A stretch of DNA of 63,656 nucleotides, the filler included, from Vannella sp. (taxonomy: Eukaryota), in assembly GCA_023345925.1 (NCBI GenBank). It is 6 parts of 6 records of this genome, joined end to end, with 100 filler letters (N's around TTAATTAATTAA, not from the genome) between each part and the next. Parts side by side here need not be neighbours in the genome. Positions count along the whole stretch, not along the records: positions 47,934 to 60,343 come from JAJQQN010001018.1; positions 60,444 to 63,656 come from JAJQQN010000819.1; 4 more parts are not named here. One strand, 5' to 3'. The notes beneath the pieces were generated by a model. That model saw only the letters and a list, made by a program, of their open reading frames with translations, was not told the origin of the DNA and made no database searches. Below are positions 47,934-62,000 of the stretch, in pieces. Made by a program: the position numbers and the translations under genes. Position 1 is the stretch's first letter. Every line of letters begins with the position of its first letter.

Positions 47934-50225
47934 TCGCGTTTTCAAAAAGACCGATTGCTCCTCCATTTCCTTCTGCCCAATTTCCAGTCATCTTACAGTT
48001 CTTGACTGTGGTCCTTGACCAGCCCCTAATCGTAACATGTTAGCTCGAAAATTACACCAACAAAGCGACAATCCTTACCCAAGCCAAAAAGCTCCACCAT
48101 CACTCTTCGCTGCGCCATGTGAGATCTAATAGAAAGTGAGCGAACCACGAGGCAATAATGATGAAAACTCACATTCAGCCTCTCAAAATGGGCTTCAGAG
48201 TTTCCATTCAGATGGACCGCGCCACCAAAAACTCCCTGATTATTTCTGTTCCGAGCTGAGTAAGGTACCAGCCGAAAGGAGGAGTAGGTCTTACTCGAGA
48301 GCAGAATCCATCAAAGTAATTTGCCCTAAAACCGCAGCGATACCACCGAGAACGCCTCTGTTTCCCTTGGCTAGAATATTGGTCAAGATCGCAAAAGAGT
48401 CCTTCGATACATGAATGAAGGACCCTGACGGATCCATAGCGGTGTTATTCTCTAATCGCACTTGGTCCATTAAGAGTAGAGAGCTTTTCAGCGACAGTCC
48501 ATTTCCGAGCGAATTGCTCCTCAAGAAAGAAACGTTGGTCAAATTGACCACCGAGAAATCTGCTTGCAAGAGTGATTCCACTTGTTGATCATAAAAAGTG
48601 GTATTTGAAATCGTCAGTATTGTGTACAATACGTCCATCATTGGCCCCAATATACACGGTCCGCTCTCGCAAGTGCCACCACCGAAAAATGAATCACGAA
48701 TGTAAACACTCCCAAAAGTGTCTGCTACCTGCTCTGCTGCTATAATGGGGACTTAATGATGTTAGTTTAAAGCTCAGCAAATGAAAGGGGGAGGGGACAT
48801 ACCATAACAATTGCTAGCACTCACTCTCAAGAATTCTACACTGCAAGCTTGGCCTTTTTCTATTCGAATTAGAGCAGGAGTTAATCCTTGTCCAAACCAA
48901 ACCGTTACCGAGTCAATAACTATGTCCTCTAGTACAATATGGGGCTTGACAGAAGGCTTGACACTAACCAGACTATTCAATCCAACAGACTGCAAATAGA
49001 GCTGTCGGATGTTGAGTTCTGGTCCACTAGAAGCCGAGGAGAATACAGAATTGACAGTGCATAAAGAGATGGAAACATTTTGGCAGAAAGCTTGACCAAA
49101 GAATGAAACAAAAACATCTGCACTTGCTCCACTCATAATGGCACTGTGAAAGTTCAGATGAGAATCTGAGCGAATCAGGGTATTGTGAGATCCTCCTTCA
49201 ATTATAACTTTTTCCAAAAATAATGGACCGCGGGAGCAGATAGAGTAAGGTACGAATATACCGTTAACGTTAATTAATGAGAGACCAGATAGTGAGGTGT
49301 TGCAACCTGGGTCAAGGTAAATGAGAGATATACTCTCTGGATCCAGCAATGAGACCTTGTCTAAAACAATAGATTGAAGAGACACGTCCGCAAGGAAAGG
49401 AGCTGTTTGGAAGCTATTAAATGCGACCAAATTGTCCGTTGCGGAAGTGCTTGTGAATGTCCAGTTGAAAGCCCGCGCGACGGAGAACCTTTGGATGGAG
49501 AGTGCATTAGTAAATTTGCCTCCGTTGACTGACAATCCTCCTAAAACAATGCTGGTAACGTTGTTCAGTTGGAGAATCTCACCACCAGATCCTCCCTTCG
49601 TTGTTAACCCGAAAACTCCAACGGAAGAGTCGAGAGGGCTTCCATTGGCCTCCACAAACGCGCCTGTGGTAGCACAATCGTCAAAAGTCACGTTATCAAT
49701 CTGAAAGTCCCCTCCTACAACAAAGATGAGCAAAAGTGAAGCAGCAAGAGACTTGGCAACTAACCATTCAAGTCAACTTGGACCAAACTTGCTGTTGAGG
49801 CCACACATGTCACCCTGAATCCCTTAAAGCTCGCCTTTTCTATCAATGTAGAGAAGCTCAGAGAGCCTTCACCTCTCATGATCAAAGTTGTCGCGTTCGC
49901 CCCCACCGAACTGAGGAAGTCAGTTCCCTTTCACACTCAGAAGGGCTTACTGGAGTGAGAGAGGACATGGAATGAGTATTGGTTCCGCAATACTGTAGTC
50001 TCCGTGGTCAACAAGGAGAACCGGGAGGTCTCCAGACTCACGGCTCCACACCGAGCAAGCTGTCGCCACACCTCCCTGTACAGTGGAGCACGCTGTGTCC
50101 CAAGAACCACCGCAAGTACCATTCACTTGACTCCCTGCTGAAACATAGAACATCCTCTCCTCCCCCTTCACAACAGCACAGCAAAGGCAAGCCCAAAGCC
50201 CCAACGCCACCCAGAAGCGGGCCAT
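47934..50225 (-). CDS. Secreted/surface pectin-lyase-fold (beta-helix) protein, 3' truncated, multi-exon
   Basis: Signal MARFWVALGLW, FYVS..CGGSWDTACSTV motif, and N/S/F-rich beta-helix repeats with GG..F..N patterns. Confidence 0.65.
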
Positions 50226-50319
50226 CACAGAATGCCAGCCATTCCAACCTTCCCAGCCCCTCACAAGGTCACAAAGGAGGGCGCCATCAACGAGAGGGGG
50301 GTTCATTGGCCTTTTGGGT

Positions 50320-51389
50320 CTAGTTGAACGTGGTCTTGACTAGGAGTTTGATCTTCTCCACAAAGAAGAAGGTGAGGGCCACATCAGCGGACACTCGGCC
50401 CATGCGAGCGCCCATTCCTTTGTAGAAGCCGCGGAAGCCTTCCTCGGCGAGGGTCACTGTGATGCAGTTCCAGGAGCTAGTGTAACGGTGCGCTTGGAAT
50501 CCCTGCATCTTGGTCTTGATCACATCCACTGGTGTGTTACCAACCACACTGGCAGCGCCAGCAAGGCCACCAACAACCATCCCTTGGAGATTGCCCTTGA
50601 ATTGGCCATTCACCTTGGCAAAGTCAGCGTTGACATCGCCCAGAATCTGCTTCTTCAAGTAGTAGTAGACAGGGAAGCGGATCATCTGGTTGGTGGACTG
50701 CTTGAGGATGGTAGCGCCCAATCCTTTGTAGATTCCAGCGACTCCCTGCTCCTTCAGGATCGTGCTCACACCGTGGAAGGTGTTACGGAAGCGTGGGTTG
50801 GGAGACAGCTTGTCGTGAATCAGGCGAACCTTCATCGTCTCCTGGACCGTGGTGATCGTCACCGCCTCGGAGAATCCGCCGACAAAACCGGCCATGACGT
50901 TGATCAGAACCGTGCCGAAGCGATCAGAGTGGTTATCTACACAAGTAATAGCTACTTGAGGACCTACTACACTACAAAGAGACCTTGGACGTACCCGCCA
51001 AGTACTCCCTTGCCACCTCGAAGCCAGTAAACCGGAAGGCATTACGGGGAACGCCGAACAAGATGAGTGGAGGCATTCCACGATAGATGGCTAGGTGAGA
51101 TGAGAACCATGTAACCACACGAAGAGAATGCCGAGTACTGACCGGTGAAGCCCTTGGGGAAACCGCCAAACTCTCCATAGACGTCCTTCCAGCACAGCCA
51201 GAAAGGCTTCCCTGCGTACTTCTTGGGTTCAAGCTGCTGTTGAGTCTTAGCAAACTCGAAGGGATAGGTAAAAAGGATCTCCAAAGCGCCGCTGACGCCC
51301 CCTGCCAAACTAGTGATGGAGATGTTCTTCACAGTGAGCTTGCTCTCCGGCTTCTTCTTCACCTCTACTACCGCCGCCTGCATCACCAT
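50320..51389 (-). CDS. Mitochondrial carrier, tricarboxylate/citrate-carrier-like (3 exons)
   Basis: TYPFEFAKTQQQL, ETMKVRLIHD, KQSTNQMIRF and NTPVDVIKTKMQ. Confidence 0.88.
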
Positions 51390-51560
51390 CAACACCAATC
51401 CACTATCCCACGTAGGTCCTTGTTACCATCTGACCCGAAGACAAAGAATGACCAGCCGCTCCGATCGCACGAACGATGAGATCTCACCACCCAACCACAA
51501 GAGAAGTCCGAAACCTTCGCCAAGCCCACGACTGAGTTAGTGGGCAGTGGTTTTAATGAG

Positions 51561-52955
<1,395 letters not shown>

Positions 52956-53041
52956 GTCCGCGGGGAAGTCAAAATAATGATGAGTACCTTCAGAATTCTA
53001 CTTAAGTTATGCCACGGAGGGCTTCATTTGAAAAGGGCCGG

Positions 53042-53644
53042 ATGGTGAGGCACATGGGGCTAGCATGACTGTGTGGTTACTGAGCTGGCGCAGGGAGACA
53101 TTGGGGAAGAGATGAAGGATGAGCTGAATGAAGCCTGGGGGTTGTACGATAAGAGCAACTCTGGCTCAATGCCAGCAAAGAACTTTGGTTACGTCATGCG
53201 CTACCTTGGTCAGAATCCCTCTGATGCTCAGGTGCTGGATATGTGTCAAAAGAACGGGTCAGGTGTGTTTCTACACTTCTTGTGTTAGCCACTGTCTACA
53301 CAGAGGGCTGACCTCCTCTTTCTAGGACAAATGATGACCAAGACGGGGTTCATGACTCTGATGACAGACACCTCTCAGAAGGTCTCTTCTGAACCTGGTG
53401 TCCTCGAAGCATTCCAAGTCTTTGACAAGGATGGGAAGGGTGAGAACCCACCGGCTTGGGAGAGGTGGTCCTAACCAGGCGGTTGTTAGGAATGATATCT
53501 GCGTCTGATCTCCGCAATGTGTTGACGAACATGGGTGATCGTCTGACGGATGAGCAGGTCCACCAGATGATGAGCGAGGCCCTGGCCAGTGATGAGGGCA
53601 ACCTGGACTACAAGCAATTCGTCCACACAATGATGAACCGATAA
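53042..53644 (+). CDS. Calmodulin-like / myosin light chain EF-hand protein (4 exons)
   Basis: ATG immediately followed by intron 53045-53093; MRYLGQNPS, EAFQVFDKDGKG, LTNMGDRLTDE and DYKQF. Confidence 0.85.
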
Positions 53645-53677
53645 GCAGCTCCTTTATAAAGCTCCGTTGGCCCTCTC

Positions 53678-54356
53678 TCACTGTTTGGATCGGTTGGAGA
53701 CAGCATTGAGTTGGTCTCTGATCTTCCCAAGACCCTCCAACATCGCTGAGAGGGACTCTTTGCTCAGTTCAAAGTCCACTATCTGTGAGGGCTGCTTTGT
53801 GTTCAGCGGGTCATTCACCTGACCAAAGTGAGTATCTTAGAGGTTCTCTTGACTTCAAGCGTACCTTCATGGCTACAAGGACAGAGGGGATGGAGATTTG
53901 GCCGATTAGATCAGATGCGCTCTTGATGTCCACACGCCAGTCGAACTGCTCCAGCTTGGGTAGTGAAATTTGGTTGCTCTTGGCTTGGTTTCGCCACTCT
54001 GGGAGGTGGTGGTCGATGATACTGGTGATGAGTTGAGTGAGAGCTTGATGGAATGACGAAGAGAACATCTTGCCGACTTCTTCACCCCCATAGTTCTCAT
54101 AGATACACTCTTTGATAAGATATTGAACGGCTCCAAACAGCTGGGCCCAATGAAAACCCTTCCTCAACGTTCAAAAGTCACCTACCGCCTCTCCCTCTGC
54201 TTCTGAAACTCCCAGCTTCTCCGCCACCACCTGGGCATCCTCCTCCCGCCCCCTTCCAGACCGATTGTCGTACACATACACGAAGATATCGTTCACCACG
54301 GCCTTCTTAGGAGCCTTCAGCAACAGGGACAAAGTCTTCTCCCGACGAGCGTCCAT
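53678..54356 (-). CDS. COMMD9: COMM-domain protein 9-like (3 exons)
   Basis: SLPKLEQFDWRVDIK and the C-terminal FELSKESL..MLEGLGKIRDQL. Confidence 0.82.
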
Positions 54357-54434
54357 GAACTCGGCAAATAAAATGTTCAGTTAAGTGTAAAAATACTTCT
54401 AAGGAGGCCATTGTCAGTCTTTTCCATTGCCATC

Positions 54435-56635
54435 ATGACGAGCCGTATGTAGGAAGGGTTTGGAGTCTGGTTGGGCTGACTGGGTGGGATTAGGCACTAT
54501 TGCGTTCGCGGTCTTGATTGTATGTCTCTTGGGAATGGCAGTGGCGCTTCCCTCTTCGGCATTCAGCCAGGGAGCATCGCTGAAGAGCATCATCGACAAA
54601 TACCACGCCAAGAACATTGAGGAGGCTTTCTATCTCACCAGATCAATCACGCAGTTGCAGGGAACACCCACAGCTAAGAAATCGTTGTGCGACTTGGCAA
54701 TGAAGGCACTTGAGAGCCCAAGCTCCATCAAAGAGGTCTTCTTCGGTGTCCACACGTCCGAGGATCTCGGATGCGCCAAAGCTGTGAACGAGAAAGTCTC
54801 CCGCATCATCTTCCAGACCATTGAGAACGAGGCGACAACAGAGGAGCTCTATTATGCCACTTCCGCTGCTTTCAAGCTGAAGGAGCACAAGCACATCAGC
54901 TTTGATGGAAAGAAGTTCCTTTCTGTCATTGAGTCTCTCTCTGACCTCACTGATAAGGATGGCAGCGTCAAGAACAAACCCAAGGACTCGAAAGGCTCCA
55001 TGACTTCCACTGGCCTTGCCTTCCAGACTGCCTCTTTGATTGTCAAGGGCACAACGATTGGGGAATCTGAAGAGTTTGCTGTTGGAGTTCTCAAGGAGAA
55101 CATGGAGGGCCTCTTAGAGCTCTCTGTTTCAACAGACGATGGAGCCATGTTCATCGATCGAGGTGACTCTCGCACCAGCTTCCGTGCCACTAACGCCTTC
55201 CTCTCTGGTGCATTCGACCTTGCTCAAGATGACATCGACTCTATCATTGATGCTGTACGTAGAACAACTGGAGAGAACCCGAATCCCTTCTAACGCAGTC
55301 CAGGACATTTTGTCTGACGTGACGGAGCACATCCTTGCAAACGTCCCTTACGGGAACCTCGAGGATGTCTACCACTTCACCACGTTGATGCGCTTGATCA
55401 CCTCGGACCGGGTCCCCCAATCGATCGTCCTTTCTCTGACCCGCACCATCCTCTCGTCCACTAACAAAGCAGATGGTATCATCTCTGTCAAGCTGACTGA
55501 CCTGATGGGAAACACAATCCCCGACGCGAAGGTGTTCTTGATGAAGGCCACGTCCTTTGCCGACAACACAGTGGCCTACAGCAACCAACCTCTTACCAAG
55601 AGTGGCGCTGCAGACTTTGAGTTCAACTTCTTTGCTGGCAAGCCCCAACAGGGCTTCTACACCTTGGAGTTTGGCGTGCAGGTTGGAGAGAAGGCAACGC
55701 GTTATACCACTCGAACAATCAAGGTGGCCACCTCCGTTGCTGTCAATGACATCAGCATCAACGTGATAGACAACTCAGACAAGGAAATAGCGCGAAAGAT
55801 CCGCATTGAGTATGGCAAGCAGTTCGAGTCCTTCAAGACCTCGTACTACTATGGCCTGAACGTGGCCTTCACTGTCCGTAACCTTGCTGTCAACAAACCT
55901 ACTCGTGTACAGCAAGCTGTACTCCGCTTTGAGGGTGCACAGAGCGAGAACACCTTCCCTGTGGACTTTGTAGGAGATTCTTACCGAACCTTCCTCGACA
56001 TGAAGAGTGTCGGTCCCTCTCTGCTCTTCCGATCCGGTGATTACAAGGTCTCTTTGATCATTGGTGATCCCTTCATTGACAACTCGTTTGTGTGGGATCT
56101 GGGAGTGATCGAAGTCAACTTCCCTCCCACTCTTGAGCAAGCCCAACCAGAGAGTGTTTACCGTTTCAAGTGAGTATCAGCCCGTCAGGTATGCACTCTA
56201 TCTCACAAAGAGTGCCAGGGATGAGATCCACCACAAGTTCCGTGTCCCTGAGAAGCGCCCTTCTGAGACCATGTCCCTTGGCTTCACTGCGGCGACTCTG
56301 GCTCCCATTGCCATTCTCTTATTGAGCGTAAGTCCCCTGCAATTGCTCTCTTGGTGGGCTATGGAGAGACTGACACTCTCCAGCTCCTCATCATTGGACT
56401 CCCCATCCGCATTCCAGGAGGTCTGAGTTTCATCTTCACGGTGGTCTTCTTCCTCGACATCGCCGGGATCTTCCTCATTTACCTTGGCTTCTGGTTTGGC
56501 TACTACAACATGTTCACTGCCATCAACTACACCCTCTTGGTATCCCTTGAGACCCTTCTCGTCGGCTACAAGGCCCTTCGTGCCCGCGCCCTCGCTCGTT
56601 GCCCTCCTGTGGATGCCACCAAGAAGGACAATTAA
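54435..56635 (+). CDS. RPN2: Oligosaccharyltransferase subunit ribophorin II (multi-exon)
   Basis: Signal peptide, SLIIGDPFIDN..WDLG, EIHHKFRVPEKRP and three C-terminal TM helices. Confidence 0.9.
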
Positions 56636-56727
56636 TCAGAACCAATAAATGGTTGACTTTCGGACAAACCCAAGCTCTGCAAGGGTTTCTTCACAATGGC
56701 AGTTGTTCTCGGCCTTGTGACGCGCGC

Positions 56728-57948
56728 ATGTTCTCCTCAAAGCCCAAGTTCACTCCTGGTGTCCCTTTTGAAGTGCAGCGGGTGTACGACTTGCTAAACC
56801 CTAAACCAAAGGTCTGGCTAGCATCAATTCACCTTCAGGTGCCCCCCTTGTTGCCGGACTGACCGTTTCTTGTGTAGGAGCTTCTCATCAATGCTGCGAC
56901 CCGCCGATTTGTTGCGTAAGTGGGAGAGCTTGTCGTTGTCGTGCGCTGAATCGCGCTTACCTGCTGGCAACAGAGAGGGAGAAGTGGGAGTGTTTAACCA
57001 CAAAGAACGCCGTACTAAGCGCAGACACCTATTCCTCTTCAACGACCTCCTTCTCATTACCAAGAAAGAGGGAAAGAAGTCCTTCTGGTTGAAGATCCTC
57101 ATCGCCCTCACTCCTAACCTCCGCGTGGAGGACGTCCCTGACAGTGCCACTCTCTACAAGGGTACGCTACTCTCAAGCCTTTCAGAGGGGAGTCTCATCG
57201 CTTTGCAGTGGAGTTCCGCATTTACGCGCTGAAGAAGACGATCATCCTCTTCACCCAGACGGAGAATGAGAAGCTGAAGTGGCTGCAGCAACTTCGTGAC
57301 TGCATCGGTGGTGCTCCAAAAAACCAAAGTTCTTACGATCCCAGCGAGGCCACCTCGTACTCTGAGAGCCCTGAGGATCGCGGACAGAAGGATGCAGACA
57401 GAATCAGCGGGGACATCGGGAGGATTGATATCCCAGGCATGGACAACTCTTCCTATGACGTTGGCTTCGTCCCTGATGATGGGGGCTATGAGTCTGACGA
57501 GTACAATCCCGAGTATTCTGGTCAAAACTCACAACCTTTCACACCCAACTCCACTCCGGTACAACCCAGCGGCTTTGATGAGTTCGACTCTATTGCCAGC
57601 CGAGGCGCTCCACCACCACCTCCCCAGGAGTATGCACCAGAGTTGCCCGCTGGCCGAGCTCCCGCGTTTGATCCCTTCGCCAGCTCACAGCCATTGGAGG
57701 CTAGCCCTTACATCCCAAGCTCTACCTCCGTATTGCAGCCTATCCCCGCCAACTCTTCTCCTGCTTATGTAGGCCAAAGTGTCTCAGGGGACTTTGGGGC
57801 TCTCAAGTCCTTGGACACCAACCCGTCTGGCTTCCTGCCTCAGCAGCAGCCCGAGCAGATGTTCTCACAGGGCTTCAACCCCAACTTGAGTGTGGAAGAG
57901 CAGATGCAGCGCCTCTCCATGGCTTCGCCCTTCTACCGAGGCAACTAA
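56728..57948 (+). CDS. PH-domain protein with Pro-rich, DPF/NP-containing tail (multi-exon)
   Basis: RHLFLFNDLLLITKK..EKLKWLQQL PH signature; FDPFA and FDEFD motifs. Confidence 0.78.
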
Positions 57949-58025
57949 GCCAGCTCTTGTACCTTCCTCCCTCAATAAATGCAAGTCTGCAACTCACAGA
58001 GGCCCACACAGGAGTACAGAGTGCT

Positions 58026-58939
58026 TCATTGGTCCTCACTATGATGCTGGCTATGTAGAAGCTGGTAAAGCTGTTGCAGAAGGCGAGGAATGCCGCCCTC
58101 GTTCATCAGTCCGCTCACCACTTCGCCTTCGAGGGTCTCCAAGAAGCGTGAAGGAACCAAATGACAGTCTCTGCGCTTAAACTCAATCTGCAGGTAGTCC
58201 TCTTCGTTAAACAAGGAATGCACTCGGCACCGCTTCGTGTTCTTCTTCTCAGAATCCAGCACATCCACGCGCCAGCCGAACAGCTTGCAGCATAGTGACC
58301 GGAACTCTTTGCACTTCCTCGTAGCAACCTGCACCGAGTCAGTCCAGGAGCCAGCCCGTAGGGAAAGTGAAATACTTCGGCAGTGCGTTTCGCTTCTTTC
58401 CGAGAGTCATTCAATTGCTCTTGGAGCTCTTCTATCGCAGTGTCGTTCGATTTTGATGAGGAGTAGAATTGCTGGAAGGCCCAGGAAGTCAGGAACAAGG
58501 TCAATAGATGCAAGTGACTTACAGCTACTTGGGGAGGCAAAGGGGGCGGGCTGGTCAAGTGGATGACTTTGGTGGTGATTGGATTGAAACAATGTGTCAT
58601 GTGGCCTTCTGTAGGGCTTGTTGTTGGGAGAGGGGCACTGGAAACACGGAGGAGAGGCAACTCTTTCACAATCTCATCTATTCCTGACCGTTCCTGGGCA
58701 CTCCAGCTCTCCTTAAGACCAGCAATGGTCTTTTTGATTGTATCGAGCTGCTGAAGTAGCTTCATATCAGGAGGAGGCGCAAAGAACGAGATGGAAGTCG
58801 GGACTTGCGCTTGAGAGGAGGCGAACTGTTCCAACTGCTGCTGGAGTTCGGCCTTCTCACTCTGCTCTACTCTCAGTTGATCCCTCAGGCGTACGATCTC
58901 CATATCCCGCTCCGCCAACAGCAAGAGGAGGGCTTGCAT
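58026..58939 (-). CDS. Short Mad1 C-terminal-domain-like coiled-coil protein (3 exons)
   Basis: Coiled coil, then KRTAEV..EFRSLCCKLFGWRVDV..RVHSLF, resembling the Mad1 CTD. Confidence 0.55.
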
Positions 58940-58984
58940 GCGCCACTTAACAGAAAGTGGCGAACTTTCACACGATTCGTGGCT

Positions 58985-59854
58985 TTATTCACTCTGGGGA
59001 CCTTCTGGAGACTTGGCTTTGGTGAACACAAGTAAAGGTCGCTCTGTGAAGCTGCCAAGAGGCCGCTCAGAGCTGTATACAACGGGTAGTTCGTCCATCC
59101 GTTCAAATCCGATCTCGTTCAAGAGCAGCTCGGAGAACTGAGGAGGACGGAGTTTGATCGTCTTGTAGTGTTCCTTAGTTGTTTCTGTAACGCCGAACTT
59201 CTTCTTGTACGAGCTCCATGGCTGGGGTTCGAGAATGAGGCGTCCTCCTGGTTCCAGCAATGCAAAACACTTCCGAAACATCGTCATGAGCCCTTCATCG
59301 CCCCAGTTGAGGTGCACCCACTTTGTTATACTCAAGCACAACACAGCCTTGTACAAAGGGACTGCTGGGACGTCATCTTCGACAAAGTTCAGCGACTTAA
59401 AGGCAACATTGTCGGGGAAACGCGCTGCATATGGCCTTGGTACCCTCTTGTTGCTGGCAGGAGGGTCACTGGTAGACTGTGGAGAGGTTTGGCAATCAGT
59501 GGGAGGTTCAGACTTAGGCGTACGCTCTTCGAGGAAGCGTTTGGAGCTGGTCATTCGATCGAGACTCTTTCTTGCATTGAAGATCAGCCGCGGGTCGATA
59601 TCCACCCCGAGTGCCTTGATTGGGTTATAGTGTGCTGCAATCGAAAGAAGGACATTGCCTGCATTGCATCCCACGTCCAACACGTGCCCGCCCTCAAACC
59701 AAGCAGGATCCAGCGCCTCTACGCGCGGGTCATCCTGCCTCGGAGCTCGATAGCCGTAATAGCGGTGATAGTTACCATATGGAGCCTTCTCTGGTTCAGG
59801 CTTCCGCTTCTTCGCTTCTCTTCCACCACTGCGATCTTCCCGAACTCTCTTCAT
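58985..59854 (-). CDS. MEPCE: 7SK methylphosphate capping enzyme / Bin3 methyltransferase
   Basis: YGNYHRYYGYR, VLDVGCNAG, LSITKWVHLNWGDEGL and ILEPQPWSSY. Confidence 0.93.
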   Translation of the reverse strand: MKRVREDRSGGREAKKRKPEPEKAPYGNYHRYYGYRAPRQDDPRVEALDPAWFEGGHVLDVGCNAGNVLLSIAAHYNPIKALGVDIDPRLIFNARKSLDRMTSSKRFLEERTPKSEPPTDCQTSPQSTSDPPASNKRVPRPYAARFPDNVAFKSLNFVEDDVPAVPLYKAVLCLSITKWVHLNWGDEGLMTMFRKCFALLEPGGRLILEPQPWSSYKKKFGVTETTKEHYKTIKLRPPQFSELLLNEIGFERMDELPVVYSSERPLGSFTERPLLVFTKAKSPEGPQSE

Positions 59855-59927
59855 CAACTTTCAGGAAAGAATGATTTCCCAATGAAAAAACGGTATATAG
59901 TGTAATTTTCTTGGTACCACGGAAAGG

Positions 59928-60343
59928 ATGGATGGGTCCTCTCTGTGCCACGAGTCGGGGCAGGAAGAAACCGAAGGAAGTGGATGTGGGAGTGCAGTTG
60001 AGCACCACGATTTGTATCAGGATACCTGTCCTGTTGTGTCGCAGTGAGGAGGGACTCTTTGAGAGGTGAATGGCGTTGATAGGGACAGACAGGGCCTGGA
60101 GATCCTCAATCTGGCTAACTTTAGCTGTACAATTGAGAAGTCCATGAAGACCATTGCTAAGAAGCAGAGGAAGACTCGACGAGGAGCTGCCCCTATCACA
60201 GGAAGGGGTTGGTTCGAGGATCCCCAACACAGATGGACGGAAGGAGCCTTCATCAACTGTGATCTACGCTTCTTCGATCTTCAGGCATTAGGAGGTGACT
60301 TTGGTGTGGTCTATGCGGACCCTCCATGGCAGGAGGTCCAGAA
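59928..60343 (+). CDS. MT-A70 family N6-adenine methyltransferase, 3' truncated
   Basis: FINCDLRFFDL...FGVVYADPPWQ; a probable intron from 60044 removes an in-frame TGA. Confidence 0.78.
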
Positions 60344-60443
60344 NNNNNNNNNNNNNNNNNNNNNNNNNNNNNNNNNNNNNNNNNNNNTTAATTAATTAAN
60401 NNNNNNNNNNNNNNNNNNNNNNNNNNNNNNNNNNNNNNNNNNN
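60344..60443. other. Artificial contig linker
   Basis: N44-TTAATTAATTAA-N44. Confidence 0.97.
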
Positions 60444-60824
60444 CATGCAGAACTTAGTGCAGAGGCAATCTATGGGAGCTCTTTTGGAGGTTGAAGAGAG
60501 AGCTCCTGTACAGACTGCTTCTTTTAAAGATGTAAGAAGGCAGATGGCCTTGAATTTGAGATCCATTGCCCGCAGTATGCAGTCCAGTTCCCAGCCCCCT
60601 TTGTAACTGAGCAACTTCACTGGGCCTTTGATTTTCTCCTCCATCTCATCAGTTCCACATTCAATCGCCATCTCTAAAGATCCTCCATCAACGGCCGTCA
60701 GATAAGACACTGACGATTGGTTCATCCGACTTTTCCTGCGGACAGGCCCATTCTGTGGGAGTTAGAAAGTTACAAAAGGCTCATGAGGGCGAGCCTCAAA
60801 GTCTCTCAAGGCTATCATTACATC

Positions 60825-61459
60825 CTACTCTTTAGTAGGTGTAGGTGAAGGTGTAGGTGTAGGTTGAGGTTGATGGGCTCCCAATCGTAAGGACTTCAAC
60901 GGAATGGTTGGACCAGGTTGTGAGAGCTCTCCAGTCACCACAGAGATAGTTCCTAATAGAAGGCCGATACCAAGACTAGTGACTGGGTGCTGTCTCCCTG
61001 AGCATTGGTCAGAGAGTGCGGGACTTCATTGTCTGGTCACTCACAGAGAGTTCCACCAATGGATCCAGCAGTGAGTCCACTGAAGAAGAGGCTCTGGTAG
61101 TCTTTCATTCCACTAGCATAGAAGAGCCAGTAACTTGCTCCGTAGAAGGAAGCCGTGGCAGAACCTTTCGCCCCACTGAGGATCACTCTCCCTAAGGATT
61201 GCATCCTTGTTTGGTACGCAGGTCGAGCGTGCTGAAAGATAGGGATCTTCTCTAACTTGACAATCATGTGCAGGCGATTGAGGTAATGCTGGACGAGACC
61301 AGCAGTCACCCCCGTTGTCAACCCGATCAAAGCCAGGTTGTTGATAGTAATCGATGGGGAAGAGGGATACGTGTAACGCATATCCTCCCCCGAGTGCTTC
61401 TCCCAATACTCGCGCACACGCCTCTGCAGCTCCAAGTGGTCCTCCCCAAGCTTGTCCAT
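60825..61459 (-). CDS. Small multi-TM protein, Tim17/22/23-like (2 exons)
   Basis: Gly-zipper hydrophobic segments (GLTTGVTAG, SGLTAGSIGG, SLGIGLLLG); intron near 61040; PT-rich tail. Confidence 0.5.
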
Positions 61460-62000
61460 GCGGGTCCCACCAAAAAATGATTTTTTTAGTCAAATGCACT
61501 CGCTTGACTTCCCCGCCAATCACATCTGCTTTCCTTTCTTCCGAATGTCAAGATTTGGTCCTCAACGGAGATTCAACAGCCTCCGACCGCCAAGAAGGGA
61601 TCTTCTTGCTTTGTTCATCGCTTGGCTGAGATCCTCCCTAGAACGTACTGGAGCCTCCTTAGTACAGAGATGAAGCAATGAGCGTCTTCATCACATCTCT
61701 GCACAAAGTGACTTGGAAGTCCTCTTTGGGTTGCTAATGAAAACAGTCACCTTAATGGAGCCCCTCGTTGAGCCTAAGTTCCAGCAAGTCACTGAGAACC
61801 CTTTTATCCTTCCCAGCTGCCACTCTCCGAAAGGAACTTGCCCGAACTTCCAAATGACCCACCCGCTCTACCAAAGGCTTTTAAAAGCCTGTTGCGGGTC
61901 AATCTGGGTCCAATGGCATGGTCTTTGAAGGAGAGAATGGGGAAAGAGCCGTTGTTATCGTAAAGAACTTGGAAGGAGAGTTTGAAGAGCACTTTCTGAC

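Noticed and set aside
60444..60725. Minus-strand ORF running into the linker
   Set aside because: It is too short and truncated, with no recognisable similarity.
60836..60872. (AGGTGT)n repeat as a telomere-like tract
   Set aside because: It encodes the PTPTPSPTPT tail of the minus-strand membrane protein.
61452..61928. Short plus-strand ORFs between the Tim17-like gene and ARP4
   Set aside because: They have no motifs and I could not build a convincing splice model.
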